Shown here: piece after piece, positions 18,469-28,325 of the stretch
How the letters are laid out: each line of letters begins with the position of its first letter
Position numbering within the stretch: position 1 is the stretch's first letter
Source: Caldisericum exile
GTDB taxonomy: Bacteria; Caldisericota; Caldisericia; Caldisericales; Caldisericaceae
Assembly: GCA_020722505.1 (NCBI GenBank)
Contig: DYKR01000001.1
Location: forward strand, 40,407 to 104,406
Length of the DNA: 64,000 nt
Direction of reading: 5' to 3'
The notes under the pieces: model-generated
What the model was told of the DNA's origin: nothing
Seen by the model: the letters and a program-made list of their open reading frames with translations, nothing else
The model's database searches: none
Program-made: the position numbers and the translations under genes

Positions 18469-19491
18469 TTAGTTTACTTTTTTTGATACATCAACTCTTC
18501 TAAACAAAATCAGTTGCACAACTATTGAGATTACAATGCCAGTAATGAGAATTGTAGAGAAAACACTAAAATTCATTTTTATCCCGATATTCCACAAAAG
18601 CATGTAGATATACGCAAAGAAGAGTATGCCAAATACCAAAAGCATTGCAAGGTAGTATTTAAACCTGAACCTTCTGTAGCTTCCTTGAGAACTTCCTTTA
18701 GGAATAACAAGAGGAATTAAACTTATAAGCGTAAAAAGAAACGGGATCAAAAATATTGCAGAAAATTTCGGAAGATACCCATTTACATTACCTGAAGCAC
18801 CCCAGTGAACTGCGATCTTCTGTGGTAAACGAGGATAGAGGTAAATTCCAACAATAAAAGAAACAAGAACTATTAACCAGACAATAATTTCAACAACACT
18901 AAACCTCTTAGTTTGAGATTCTTTTTCCATAACTCCTACTTCTTTAGATGTATCAACTTTTACAACTTCGTAGTCTTTAATTTTACTTCTAAGAGCCTCA
19001 ATAAAACCTTTCTCATCCTTTGGAGAGATGCCATATTTCTTGTTTAAAGTTTTGATAAGAACAACCTCCTTAAGCGCATGAGTTGAATACATACGAACAA
19101 TGCCTTCATCTGAATAATCTACATCAAAAAGGGCCAATCCTGGCAAACGAAAACTTGAAAGAGGACTAAGCAAAAGGTCTTTTACGGAGACATCTAAAAT
19201 TTCGTTATATGGTATTCTATCCTCCCATGGACCAATAATTAAATAAAGGGCATCGTCTCTAAGTTCATAACGTATAGAGGGAAGATAAAACAGCACTAAT
19301 ATAAATAAAAGAGAAATTACAAAAGAAATAACAACACTAGGGGTAATAAAAATAAGGTTTAAGACATTAGGTTCCATAATAAGCGTCCTTAAGGTTAAAA
19401 AGGTTATCGCTAAAAAAGGCAATAGGAAAATAAAAAGCATTATAAAACCTAAACTTTTCTTATCAGAATAAAAGACCAAGGGCTCGTCCAT
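18469..19491 (-). CDS. Membrane protein: bacterial PH domain plus DUF1648
   Basis: 'YELRDDALYL..G....IPY.EI' and 'YGISPKDEKGFIE' (PH-like); 'YPRLPQKIAVHWGASGNVNG' (DUF1648); ATG 19491 after GGAGG. Confidence 0.75.
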   Translation of the reverse strand: MDEPLVFYSDKKSLGFIMLFIFLLPFLAITFLTLRTLIMEPNVLNLIFITPSVVISFVISLLFILVLFYLPSIRYELRDDALYLIIGPWEDRIPYNEILDVSVKDLLLSPLSSFRLPGLALFDVDYSDEGIVRMYSTHALKEVVLIKTLNKKYGISPKDEKGFIEALRSKIKDYEVVKVDTSKEVGVMEKESQTKRFSVVEIIVWLIVLVSFIVGIYLYPRLPQKIAVHWGASGNVNGYLPKFSAIFLIPFLFTLISLIPLVIPKGSSQGSYRRFRFKYYLAMLLVFGILFFAYIYMLLWNIGIKMNFSVFSTILITGIVISIVVQLILFRRVDVSKKVN

Positions 19492-19823
19492 GTTGCTCAC
19501 CTCCTTATTTCACCTTAAAGATTATGGATACTAAATGCTCAATCCTTGGGCTTTCATAGTTTTAAATTTTTGTTTATCTTTTTTAATTATAATATTTTTT
19601 AATCGCTAAACAAATCTTTTTCTTTGCTTTTCTACTTTCTCAATAAATTCCTTAGTTTAGAGAAGTGAATAATTGTGAAGTCTTTTTTTGAAATTTTAAC
19701 TTTAAGAAGATGTGCTAAATAACCATATATAAAATTAAAATCAAATAGTTTAATACATCATTGCAAGAGAATTTTAAAATATTACTCAATATGATTATAA
19801 TCAATAAAACCTAGGAGGTTGAA

Positions 19824-20159
19824 ATGGGACGGATATTTATAAGCGAAAGAGCAATTAAAAAAATAGCAGCCTTTGCCGCAACAGAATGTTATGGAGTCGT
19901 TGGGCTTGCCCCAAAGACAATTTACAATAGAATCCTAAGGGTCCTTAAATTAGAAGAATATGAGTCAGGTGTTGATGTTGAAATAGTTGATAACGATACA
20001 TTAATTATTTCTCTTTTTGTCATATTGCAAAGCGGAATAAATGTTTTAGAGGTTTCAAATACAATAATCTCACAAGTTTCCTATGTTGTTAAGAACTTAA
20101 CAGGTATTAAAAACGTAGATGTAAATGTAATCATAAAGGGTATTAAAGGAGAACAATAA
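19824..20159 (+). CDS. Asp23/Gls24 family protein (YloU-like)
   Basis: 'GRIFISERAIKKIAAFAATECYGVVG'; upstream of the DAK2 gene. Confidence 0.9.
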   Translation: MGRIFISERAIKKIAAFAATECYGVVGLAPKTIYNRILRVLKLEEYESGVDVEIVDNDTLIISLFVILQSGINVLEVSNTIISQVSYVVKNLTGIKNVDVNVIIKGIKGEQ

Positions 20160-21763
20160 TGAAATACCTAACAGTGAAAGATTTAGACACTCTATTTAGA
20201 GGTAGCTTGAACTATCTGGGGCAAAAAAGGGAAGAAGTAAATAAATTAAATGTGTTCCCCGTTCCAGATGGAGACACAGGAACAAATATGTACCTTACCT
20301 TAAAAACCGCAATTGAGAGTATCGACAAAGCAAATCCCAAAAACTTAAAAGAATATGGAAAAATATTTTGCGAGGGCACATTAATTGGTGGTAGAGGAAA
20401 TTCTGGAGTAATATTATCACAAATCATCAAAGGTTTTTTTGATGTAATTGACAATGTCGAAAAAATCGATGTAAAATTTTTTAGTATGGCACTACAGAAC
20501 GCAACAAAAATTGCCTATCAAGCGGTAATTAAACCAGTCGAGGGCACGATTCTTACAATAGTAAGGAGTATGGCGCAAGCAAGTCTTGAAGCAATAAATA
20601 AAGAAGATTTTATAGAGTTTCTCTCTTATATAGTAGAAGAAGCAAAAAGAACATTAGAAAAGACTCCACAAATGTTGCCTGTTTTGAAAGAGGCAGGTGT
20701 AATTGATGCAGGAGGACAAGGATTAATATACCTTTTTGAAGGTGGCTTAAAATCTCTAAAAGGAGAAACTATCTCTGAAGTAAAAGAAAAAGTCTATGAT
20801 GAGACAATAAAAGCAGAATCACTTGAATTTAAATTCGATACAGTTTTACTTTGCTACCTAAACAACTACCCTGAAGATGTAATTAAAAAAGACCTTGAAC
20901 AATTTGGAGATAGTATTGTAGTTGCAACGGCAAATGACCTTACAAAAATCCACATCCACTCAAATGAGCCAAATAAAGTAATCGCATACATTCTTGACAA
21001 AGGTGAGATAAAAGAAGCCCGTATAGAAAATATGCAACTACAAACAGAAGAATTTGCACAAAAAACTATGGAAAAACCAAAAAAGATTGAAAGTCGCTTT
21101 GACTTTTCAATTGTTGCTGTTGCACAAGGAGAGGGCTTCAAGAAAATATTTGAAAGTCTTGGAGTAGAAGAAGTAATCGAAGGTGGACAAACAATGAACC
21201 CCTCAATGCAAGACATCTTAAACGCTATTGAGAAATGTAGTAAAGACACAGTATTTGTATTCCCTAATAATTCAAATATCATCCTTGCTGCAAACGAAGC
21301 AAAAAAGTATTCTAATAGAAAAAGAGTAGAAATTGTTCCTACGAAAAACCCTGCGCAAACAATCCCTATCATTCTAAACTTCAATCAAGAGAAAAGTATT
21401 GAAAATAACCTTTCTAAGGCAGTTGATATGATAAAAAAAATAAACATAGCTGAAGTTACTTATTCTGTAAGAAATACAACTATAAATGGCCTTGATATAA
21501 AAGAAAACGATTTTATAGGTCTCTTTGACGATAATATACTTACAAAGGGCACTACACCAGAAGAAACGTTCCTAAGTTTACTCCAAACTGTTAAAGAAAA
21601 ATTACAAAACGCAGAATTCATTTCAATCTATTATGGTAAAGATGTTAAAAAAGAGGATGGAGAAGCGATGGTTGAAAAACTCTCAGAAATATTTAAAGAT
21701 GTTGAGTTTGACTTAGTTTATGGCGGTCAACCATTTTATTATTATATTGCATCTATAGAGTGA
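20159..21763 (+). CDS. fakA: DAK2-domain fatty acid kinase subunit (YloV/FakA)
   Basis: 'LNVFPVPDGDTGTNM', 'GRGNSGVILSQ', 'PVEGTILT', 'GGQTMNPS', 'GGQP.Y.Y..S.E'. Confidence 0.92.
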   Translation: MKYLTVKDLDTLFRGSLNYLGQKREEVNKLNVFPVPDGDTGTNMYLTLKTAIESIDKANPKNLKEYGKIFCEGTLIGGRGNSGVILSQIIKGFFDVIDNVEKIDVKFFSMALQNATKIAYQAVIKPVEGTILTIVRSMAQASLEAINKEDFIEFLSYIVEEAKRTLEKTPQMLPVLKEAGVIDAGGQGLIYLFEGGLKSLKGETISEVKEKVYDETIKAESLEFKFDTVLLCYLNNYPEDVIKKDLEQFGDSIVVATANDLTKIHIHSNEPNKVIAYILDKGEIKEARIENMQLQTEEFAQKTMEKPKKIESRFDFSIVAVAQGEGFKKIFESLGVEEVIEGGQTMNPSMQDILNAIEKCSKDTVFVFPNNSNIILAANEAKKYSNRKRVEIVPTKNPAQTIPIILNFNQEKSIENNLSKAVDMIKKINIAEVTYSVRNTTINGLDIKENDFIGLFDDNILTKGTTPEETFLSLLQTVKEKLQNAEFISIYYGKDVKKEDGEAMVEKLSEIFKDVEFDLVYGGQPFYYYIASIE

Positions 21764-21771
21764 GGTGAAAA

Positions 21772-22563
21772 ATGGAAAAATTAACAAATTTCTTTAATCC
21801 TTTTAAAAACAAATACAACCCTGACTTTGCGATCATTACAGGAAGCGGACTTGGAAGTATGTTAGAAAAAGCAAAAATCTTTGAAAGAATATCTTATAAA
21901 GACATTCCAAACTTTCCAGTTTCAACAGTTGTAGGACACGCTTCCGAACTCGTTTTTGCAGAGTTAGGGAAACATAACGTCGTTTTCTTTAACGGGAGGT
22001 TCCACTACTACGAAGGTTATTCAATGGAGGAAGTTACAATAACAATAAAAGCTGCTCACGCAATGGGTGTAAAAAATCTAATCGTATCAAATGCTTCTGG
22101 TGCGGTTAATCCAACTCTTAAAGCAGGTGACCTTATGCTCATTAAAGACCATGTGAATTTTATCTTTGCCGATAACCCACTTAGAGGCGTAAAAGGAAAC
22201 GAAAAATTTGTTAATATGACAAATGTTTATGATGAAGAGTTAAGAAAAATTGTTAAAACTATTGCTTTCAAGCATAACATCCCAATAAAAGAAGGTGTTT
22301 ATTGTGCAGTAATGGGACCAAGCTTTGAAACTATTTCAGAATTGCTTCTTATGGAGCGATTGGGAATTGATGCAGTGGGCATGTCCACTGTGCCTGAAGT
22401 AATCCTTGCTCGTTTCTATGGAATGAAAGTGCTTGGGCTTTCCTGTATTACAGATAATGCCTTTGAAGAAGGAGTGGTCCAACACGAAAAAGTAATCCAA
22501 ATAGCAAAGGAATGTGGAGAAAAAATTTCTTTTATTCTTAGCGAATTCCTTATGGAGGTTTGA
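21772..22563 (+). CDS. punA: Purine nucleoside phosphorylase (trimeric PNP/MTAP family)
   Basis: 'GSGLG', 'STVVGH', 'GRFHYYEG', 'GPSFET.SE', 'VGMSTVPE'. Confidence 0.92.
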   Translation: MEKLTNFFNPFKNKYNPDFAIITGSGLGSMLEKAKIFERISYKDIPNFPVSTVVGHASELVFAELGKHNVVFFNGRFHYYEGYSMEEVTITIKAAHAMGVKNLIVSNASGAVNPTLKAGDLMLIKDHVNFIFADNPLRGVKGNEKFVNMTNVYDEELRKIVKTIAFKHNIPIKEGVYCAVMGPSFETISELLLMERLGIDAVGMSTVPEVILARFYGMKVLGLSCITDNAFEEGVVQHEKVIQIAKECGEKISFILSEFLMEV

Positions 22564-22565
22564 TA

Positions 22566-23894
22566 ATGAGTATTGTTGATATCATTGAAAAGAAAAAATA
22601 CGGAAATCATCTTACCGAGGAAGAAATTAAAAATATCGTTTTTGGATACACAGATGGTAAAATACCAGATTACCAAATGTCTGCTTTCCTTATGGCAGTC
22701 TGGTTTAAAGGCATGGATGAAAATGAACTTGCCATTTTCACAAAAGCAATGATTGACAGTGGAAAAACTATTGACCTTTCAAGAATAGAAGGAATTAAGG
22801 TAGACAAACACAGTTCTGGAGGTGTTGCAGATACGGTAACAATTCCACTTATTCCAATTGTTGCATCTTTGGGTGTGCCTGCTTGCAAAATGTCGGGAAG
22901 AGGCCTTGGGCACACAGGAGGCACAATAGATAAACTTGAATCCATTCCAGGCTTTAGAACCGAAATCTCAATTGAAGAATTCGTAAATATCGTAAACAGA
23001 ATAAAGGGAGCAATTATCTCACAGAGTAACGAACTTGTTCCTGCTGATAAGAAAATTTATGCTCTAAGAGACGTAACTTCCACTGTTGATAGCATTCCCC
23101 TTATTGCCTCAAGTATAATGAGTAAGAAAATTGCTGCAGGCACTGATGCAATTGTGCTCGACGTAAAAGTCGGGAATGGTGCTTTCATGCAAGACCTTGA
23201 TAGTGCTTTAAAATTAGCAACTGCAATGGTAAACATCGGACAATCCTTAAATAGGAACACCGTTGCATATATTACCGATATGAACCAACCCTTGGGAAAC
23301 GCAATTGGCAATTCCATAGAAATCATTGAAGCAATTGATATTTTAAAAGGTAATGGATCTCAAAGACTTTTTGAGGTTATTGAAACACTCGGAGCAGAAA
23401 TGCTAAGGCTTGGAGGGGTAGTAGACACAATGGAAGAAGGAAAAGCACTTGTCAAAAAGGCAATAAAAGATGGATCTGCTCTAAAGAAATTCGAAGAGAT
23501 TATTGAAGCACAAGGTGGTAATAAAGAGATTATCTATAACACATCACTTCTGCCACAAGCTAAATTCAAAAAAGACGTCATTGCAGCTCAAAGCGGTTAT
23601 ATCAATAGAATCGATGCAAAAGGACTTGGAAAACTTGCACAATTCCTCGGAGCGGGAAGAGAAAGAAAAGATGAAGTTATAGATCTTTCTGTGGGTTTAT
23701 TCTTCAATAAAAAGATAGGAGATAAAGTTGAAAAAGGAGAGCCTATTGGAACAATTTTAGCAAACGACGCAACAAAACTCGAAGAAGCACTAAATAGAGT
23801 TATGAAACTCTTTGAAGTGGTAGAAACGCCTACTTCTCCCCCACCACTTATATACTACAGAGTATCTAAAGAAGGGGTGCAAAAACTCTTCTGA
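22566..23894 (+). CDS. pdp: Pyrimidine-nucleoside phosphorylase
   Basis: 'DKHSSGGV', 'KMSGRGLGHTGGTIDKLESIPG', 'YALRDVT', 'SIMSKK'. Confidence 0.96.
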   Translation: MSIVDIIEKKKYGNHLTEEEIKNIVFGYTDGKIPDYQMSAFLMAVWFKGMDENELAIFTKAMIDSGKTIDLSRIEGIKVDKHSSGGVADTVTIPLIPIVASLGVPACKMSGRGLGHTGGTIDKLESIPGFRTEISIEEFVNIVNRIKGAIISQSNELVPADKKIYALRDVTSTVDSIPLIASSIMSKKIAAGTDAIVLDVKVGNGAFMQDLDSALKLATAMVNIGQSLNRNTVAYITDMNQPLGNAIGNSIEIIEAIDILKGNGSQRLFEVIETLGAEMLRLGGVVDTMEEGKALVKKAIKDGSALKKFEEIIEAQGGNKEIIYNTSLLPQAKFKKDVIAAQSGYINRIDAKGLGKLAQFLGAGRERKDEVIDLSVGLFFNKKIGDKVEKGEPIGTILANDATKLEEALNRVMKLFEVVETPTSPPPLIYYRVSKEGVQKLF

Positions 23895-26498
23895 ATGACG
23901 AAAAATACGGTTATTTTAACTCACTCAGGGGCAGATTTTGACGCAATTGCATCGGCTTTTGCATGCACAAAACTTTTTCCTTCATCGATTGCAATTCATC
24001 CTGGTTCAACTGACATTAATGCTCAAAGATTCATTAGCCTTTTTGAAGAAGTTTTAAATTTCAAAAAAGTTAAAGACTTGCCAAAAACATTATTAGATAA
24101 CACATTTAGGGTAGTTGTAGTAGACACAAAATACAAATCAAGAGTTGGGGAAGGAAAAGAATTTCTAAAACTTAAAAATGCACAACTCATAGTAATCGAC
24201 CATCACCCAGGGGAAAGCGACATCGAAAACGCAATACATATCACAAAAAGTGTTGGAGCAAACACTACGATACTTGTAAATCTCCTCAAGCTCAAAAAGG
24301 TTAAATTAGCACCAATTGAAGCAACATTACTTGCACTTGGTATATACGAAGATACTGGATCTCTCACATTCCCATCTGTTACAAGTGAAGATTTTGCAGC
24401 ACTTGAGTTTCTTTTTTCCTTTGGAGTAGACATAAAGATTATCCACAGATTTATTTCTCCGTTTCTTCAGGAAGAACAACTTCAACTCCTTAAAAAACTA
24501 ATAGATAATCTCAACAAATACGATATAAACGGTATAAGAGTTGGCATAACTACGACAAATTTACAGAAGTATATTCCAGGAATTTCAATTCTTGCTCACA
24601 AAATCATTGAAATGGTTGATGTTGATGTAATATTCGTGCTCGTTAGCATTGGAAATACAGTAAATATTATTGGAAGAAGCACAAGCGAAACCTTAAATCT
24701 AATTAACGTTGCAGAAGCTTTTGGGGGCGGAGGACATCCAACTGCAGTCTCTTCCGTTATAAAAAACACCTCCATAGATGGAATAAAAGATAAAATTATA
24801 AAAGAACTTAACACTAAAATCTCTCCTTCCTTAAGAGCAAAAGATTTTATGAGCTCTCCAATTAAAAAAATCACTCCTAACGTAACGGTAAAGGAAGCAC
24901 TTGATACAATGATCATGTATGGATTTTCAGGATTACCAATTGAAGAGGATGGAAAAATCATTGGCATTGTGGAAAAGAAAAACCTTGAGAAAGCGTTTAT
25001 CTTTGGAAGGAAAAATAGTCCTGTTAAGCAGTTCTACTCACCGAAAATAGTTAAAGTGAAAAAAGATGCAAGTTTAAGAGAAATTGAAGAAAAGATGATA
25101 GGAGAAGATGTAGGCAGAGTGCTTGTAGAAGACGGCGAAGAAATTGTTGGAATAATCTCAAGAAGTGATCTATTAAAAGCGTATAAAATTGAAAATTCAT
25201 TAAGGGAAATACCCAGAACCTCATCAACACTACAACTACCAGAAAAGGAATTTGTTATAAAAATACTATCAAATGCAGTTCCTAAAAATGCCTTGAAACT
25301 CATAAAAGAATTTGGATCCATTGCTAAAAAACTAAACATAGAGATTTATCTTGTAGGAGGCTCCGTAAGAGATGCATTTTTAGGTAAAAAAATAGTTGAT
25401 TTTGATTTTGTTTTATCAGATGCTGTTTCTTTTGGGGAAGAGTTAAAAAAGGCTTTCAATGGAAATATCCGTATCTTCCCCGATACACAAACAGTCCATT
25501 TTGATTACCTTGGCATGAATTTTGATTTTGTTACATCAAGAAGAGAATACTATGCGGATAATTCTCTTGTGCCAGTTATTGAAAAAGCAAGTTTGAAGGA
25601 AGACCTTACAAGAAGAGATTTTACAATTAATTCAATGGCAGTAGATATTGGAGAAGAAAATTTTGGTCAAATGTTTGATTACTACGGTGGATATGAAGAC
25701 TTATTAAAAAAAACTATAAGGGTTATTAAACCACTATCTTTTATTGAAGATCCTTCAAGAATTTTAAGAGCCATAAAATACATGGTTGAATTGGATTTTG
25801 AACTATCAAAGGAAACAGAACTTCTATTAAAAAGAGCAGTTGAATTAGGATCCCTTGAAAGCACACGTTCACAAAGGGTTCAAGAAGAATTAAAAGAGTT
25901 GCTTGAGAAAGATGAAATTGATAAAGTAATGCAAAAGTTTACCACCTATGGGATTTTGGAAGCACTCTTCAGAGTAAAAACGCTTGCAAAAAATACAGTT
26001 AAAACAATAAAGAAATTTCACAAAAATAATCAAGATAAAAATGAAAGGTTAGTTGTTTCAATCTTTTTTATACTTTTGAACAAGAGAAACATAGTTGTAG
26101 AAGAACTTTCAAATATTTTAGGTGTTAAAAAGAGAGTATTAGAAAAAATTAATGAAGCAATACACACATTAAAAAACTTCGAAAAAAACTTCGAAAAATA
26201 CGATGTATTTGATGTAGCGATATCTTTAAATAAATTAGAATTAATTTACATCAAAGCCTTTCATTATACTGCAAAAGACACTTTTAAAAAATTTTTGGAG
26301 GAATACATAAACAAATTAAGGTTTATTAGAAATGAACTAACAGGAGAAGATTTAAAAAAACTCGGTTTGAGAGAAAATATTCAGTATAGAAAAATATTTG
26401 AAACACTAACAAAATTAAGGATGAAAGGTGAAATTAACTCAAAAGAGGACGAAATAAATTACATAATGAGAAACAAAGGTGAATTCGAATGGAAATAG
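23895..26498 (+). CDS. tRNA nucleotidyltransferase (CCA- or A-adding) fused to DHH/DHHA1 and CBS domains
   Basis: 'THSGADFDA', 'IDHH', 'GGGGH'; CBS pair; 'VGGSVRD..DFD', 'EDLTRRDFTIN', 'EDPSRILRA'. Confidence 0.9.
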   Translation: MTKNTVILTHSGADFDAIASAFACTKLFPSSIAIHPGSTDINAQRFISLFEEVLNFKKVKDLPKTLLDNTFRVVVVDTKYKSRVGEGKEFLKLKNAQLIVIDHHPGESDIENAIHITKSVGANTTILVNLLKLKKVKLAPIEATLLALGIYEDTGSLTFPSVTSEDFAALEFLFSFGVDIKIIHRFISPFLQEEQLQLLKKLIDNLNKYDINGIRVGITTTNLQKYIPGISILAHKIIEMVDVDVIFVLVSIGNTVNIIGRSTSETLNLINVAEAFGGGGHPTAVSSVIKNTSIDGIKDKIIKELNTKISPSLRAKDFMSSPIKKITPNVTVKEALDTMIMYGFSGLPIEEDGKIIGIVEKKNLEKAFIFGRKNSPVKQFYSPKIVKVKKDASLREIEEKMIGEDVGRVLVEDGEEIVGIISRSDLLKAYKIENSLREIPRTSSTLQLPEKEFVIKILSNAVPKNALKLIKEFGSIAKKLNIEIYLVGGSVRDAFLGKKIVDFDFVLSDAVSFGEELKKAFNGNIRIFPDTQTVHFDYLGMNFDFVTSRREYYADNSLVPVIEKASLKEDLTRRDFTINSMAVDIGEENFGQMFDYYGGYEDLLKKTIRVIKPLSFIEDPSRILRAIKYMVELDFELSKETELLLKRAVELGSLESTRSQRVQEELKELLEKDEIDKVMQKFTTYGILEALFRVKTLAKNTVKTIKKFHKNNQDKNERLVVSIFFILLNKRNIVVEELSNILGVKKRVLEKINEAIHTLKNFEKNFEKYDVFDVAISLNKLELIYIKAFHYTAKDTFKKFLEEYINKLRFIRNELTGEDLKKLGLRENIQYRKIFETLTKLRMKGEINSKEDEINYIMRNKGEFEWK

Positions 26499-27409
26499 AT
26501 AAAAGAATAGAGAAAATAGTAAACAACGTTAAAAGGGTTATCAAAGGCAAGGAAGAAGTAATAATACTTTCTCTTGTTCCTATTGTTGCAGAAGGACATT
26601 TAATTTACATTGATATCCCTGGTGTGGGAAAAACTACCCTCGGTGAAAGTATCGCAAGTTCAATTAACTTGAAATATTCAAGAATCCAGTTTACTGCCGA
26701 TTTATTACCAACAGATATTATAGGCTTCACAGTCTTTAACAGAGAAAGGAATACTTTTGAATTCAAAAAAGGACCAATATTTGCAAATATTGTAATAGCA
26801 GATGAAATAAATAGAGCCCCACCAAAAACCCAATCGGCAATGCTTCAGGCAATGAGTGAGCGAAGTATAACAATCGATTCTATTACGTATAACCTTGATT
26901 TACCTTTTATGGTTATTGCAACTGAAAACCCACAAGAATTTGCAGGCACTTATCCACTACCCGAAAGCGAACTAGATAGGTTCCTTATGTCCCTTGAAAT
27001 TGGGTATCCTGATGAAAATAGCGAAATAGAAATACTTAGAGAAGATAAAAGGTTTGAAATAAAAAACATAGAAAGTGTTTTGGAATCTTATGAAATTTTA
27101 CAACTCATAGAAGAGGCAAAAAATGTTATTGTGGAAGAAAGCGTGCTTAAGTATCTCTATGAAATCGTCAATAAAACTCGCTCTTCAAAATTCATTAGGC
27201 TTGGCTTGAGCACAAGAGGAGCATTAGATTACATAAGAGCATCAAAAGGGCTTGCAAAAATTAGAGGAAGAAATTTCGTGATCCCTGAGGATGTTAAAAC
27301 ACTTGCTAAACCTGTTATAAAACATAGGCTCATATTTAAAGAAAAAGAGACAAAGTTTAAAGAAGATATCATCGATGAAATTATTAACGAAACAAAAGTT
27401 CCAATATAG
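26489..27409 (+). CDS. MoxR family AAA+ ATPase
   Basis: 'PGVGKT', 'RIQFTADLLPTDI', 'ADEINRAPPKTQSA', 'GTYPLPESELDRF'. Confidence 0.95.
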   Translation: MEIDKRIEKIVNNVKRVIKGKEEVIILSLVPIVAEGHLIYIDIPGVGKTTLGESIASSINLKYSRIQFTADLLPTDIIGFTVFNRERNTFEFKKGPIFANIVIADEINRAPPKTQSAMLQAMSERSITIDSITYNLDLPFMVIATENPQEFAGTYPLPESELDRFLMSLEIGYPDENSEIEILREDKRFEIKNIESVLESYEILQLIEEAKNVIVEESVLKYLYEIVNKTRSSKFIRLGLSTRGALDYIRASKGLAKIRGRNFVIPEDVKTLAKPVIKHRLIFKEKETKFKEDIIDEIINETKVPI

Positions 27410-28325
27410 TAGAATTAAAATCACAAAAGAAGGCTTGTTTTATATTGCATTAACCTTTTTAGTAGGATTTTCTGCTTTTAATTCAGGCAATAACCTTATT
27501 TATCTCATTTTTTCAATACTTCTATCTCTATTTGCTGCATCTTCAATTCTTGCCGTAAATAATCTAAAAAACATCGAAGTTAATTTAAAAAGCGAAGAAG
27601 AAATATACGTAAAAAAAGACGCCTTTATAGATGTTGAAATAAAAGCAAAAGACAAAAGAAAAAAATTTTTTATAGATATCAAAATCTTAGAAAATAGCTT
27701 AAGAGTCGAATTTTTAGATAAGTTCTTAAGGAAAAGAATTAAAGTAAATGAAAAGAAACGTGGTAAAAAAACTATTGAGTATATTTATTTGTCGTCTTCC
27801 TATCCATTCGGTTTTTTAATAAGAGAAAAGAAAATGAAAATAGATTTTTCTTACCTTGTTTTTCCAGAGGTTAGACCTGTAAGAATAAAAAAAGTGTCAT
27901 CTAACATAGGGGGTTTGCTTAAGAAAGATGATTCTTCCGACTTTTTTTCATTTGAAGATTATCAAGAAGGAATGGATGCAAGAAATATATCTTGGAAGGT
28001 TTCAGCAAAATTGGATAAAGAAAAGGTCATCACAAAAGCAAGCGATAACCTCAATGAATTAAAAATTGCTTTAAATAACTCCTATAAACTATACGATGCT
28101 TACACATTTGAAGACGCGGTCATTAAGATAGCATCACTTATAAAGCTCCTTTTTGAACAAAGAATACCGTTTGAGTTTATAAAAGAGGGAAATTCGATAA
28201 AGTGTAGTTCCTACAAAGATTACATTGGGATTATGGAGTATCTTTCGGAAGTAAAATTAGAGGATAAGTTTACTTTGGAGAACTCTCAAGATATTATAAC
28301 GGAAAAAGATATAGAGTATGAATAA
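27375..28325 (+). CDS. DUF58 domain protein
   Basis: N-terminal TM pair, 'YPFG', 'DYQEGMDARNISWKVSAK'; between MoxR and transglutaminase genes. Confidence 0.85.
   Translation: MKLLTKQKFQYSRIKITKEGLFYIALTFLVGFSAFNSGNNLIYLIFSILLSLFAASSILAVNNLKNIEVNLKSEEEIYVKKDAFIDVEIKAKDKRKKFFIDIKILENSLRVEFLDKFLRKRIKVNEKKRGKKTIEYIYLSSSYPFGFLIREKKMKIDFSYLVFPEVRPVRIKKVSSNIGGLLKKDDSSDFFSFEDYQEGMDARNISWKVSAKLDKEKVITKASDNLNELKIALNNSYKLYDAYTFEDAVIKIASLIKLLFEQRIPFEFIKEGNSIKCSSYKDYIGIMEYLSEVKLEDKFTLENSQDIITEKDIEYE

Noticed and set aside
20866-21384. Long antisense ORFs (this one, 53093-53560, 32072-32512 and similar)
   Set aside because: Shadows of well-supported genes on the other strand, with no motifs or RBS
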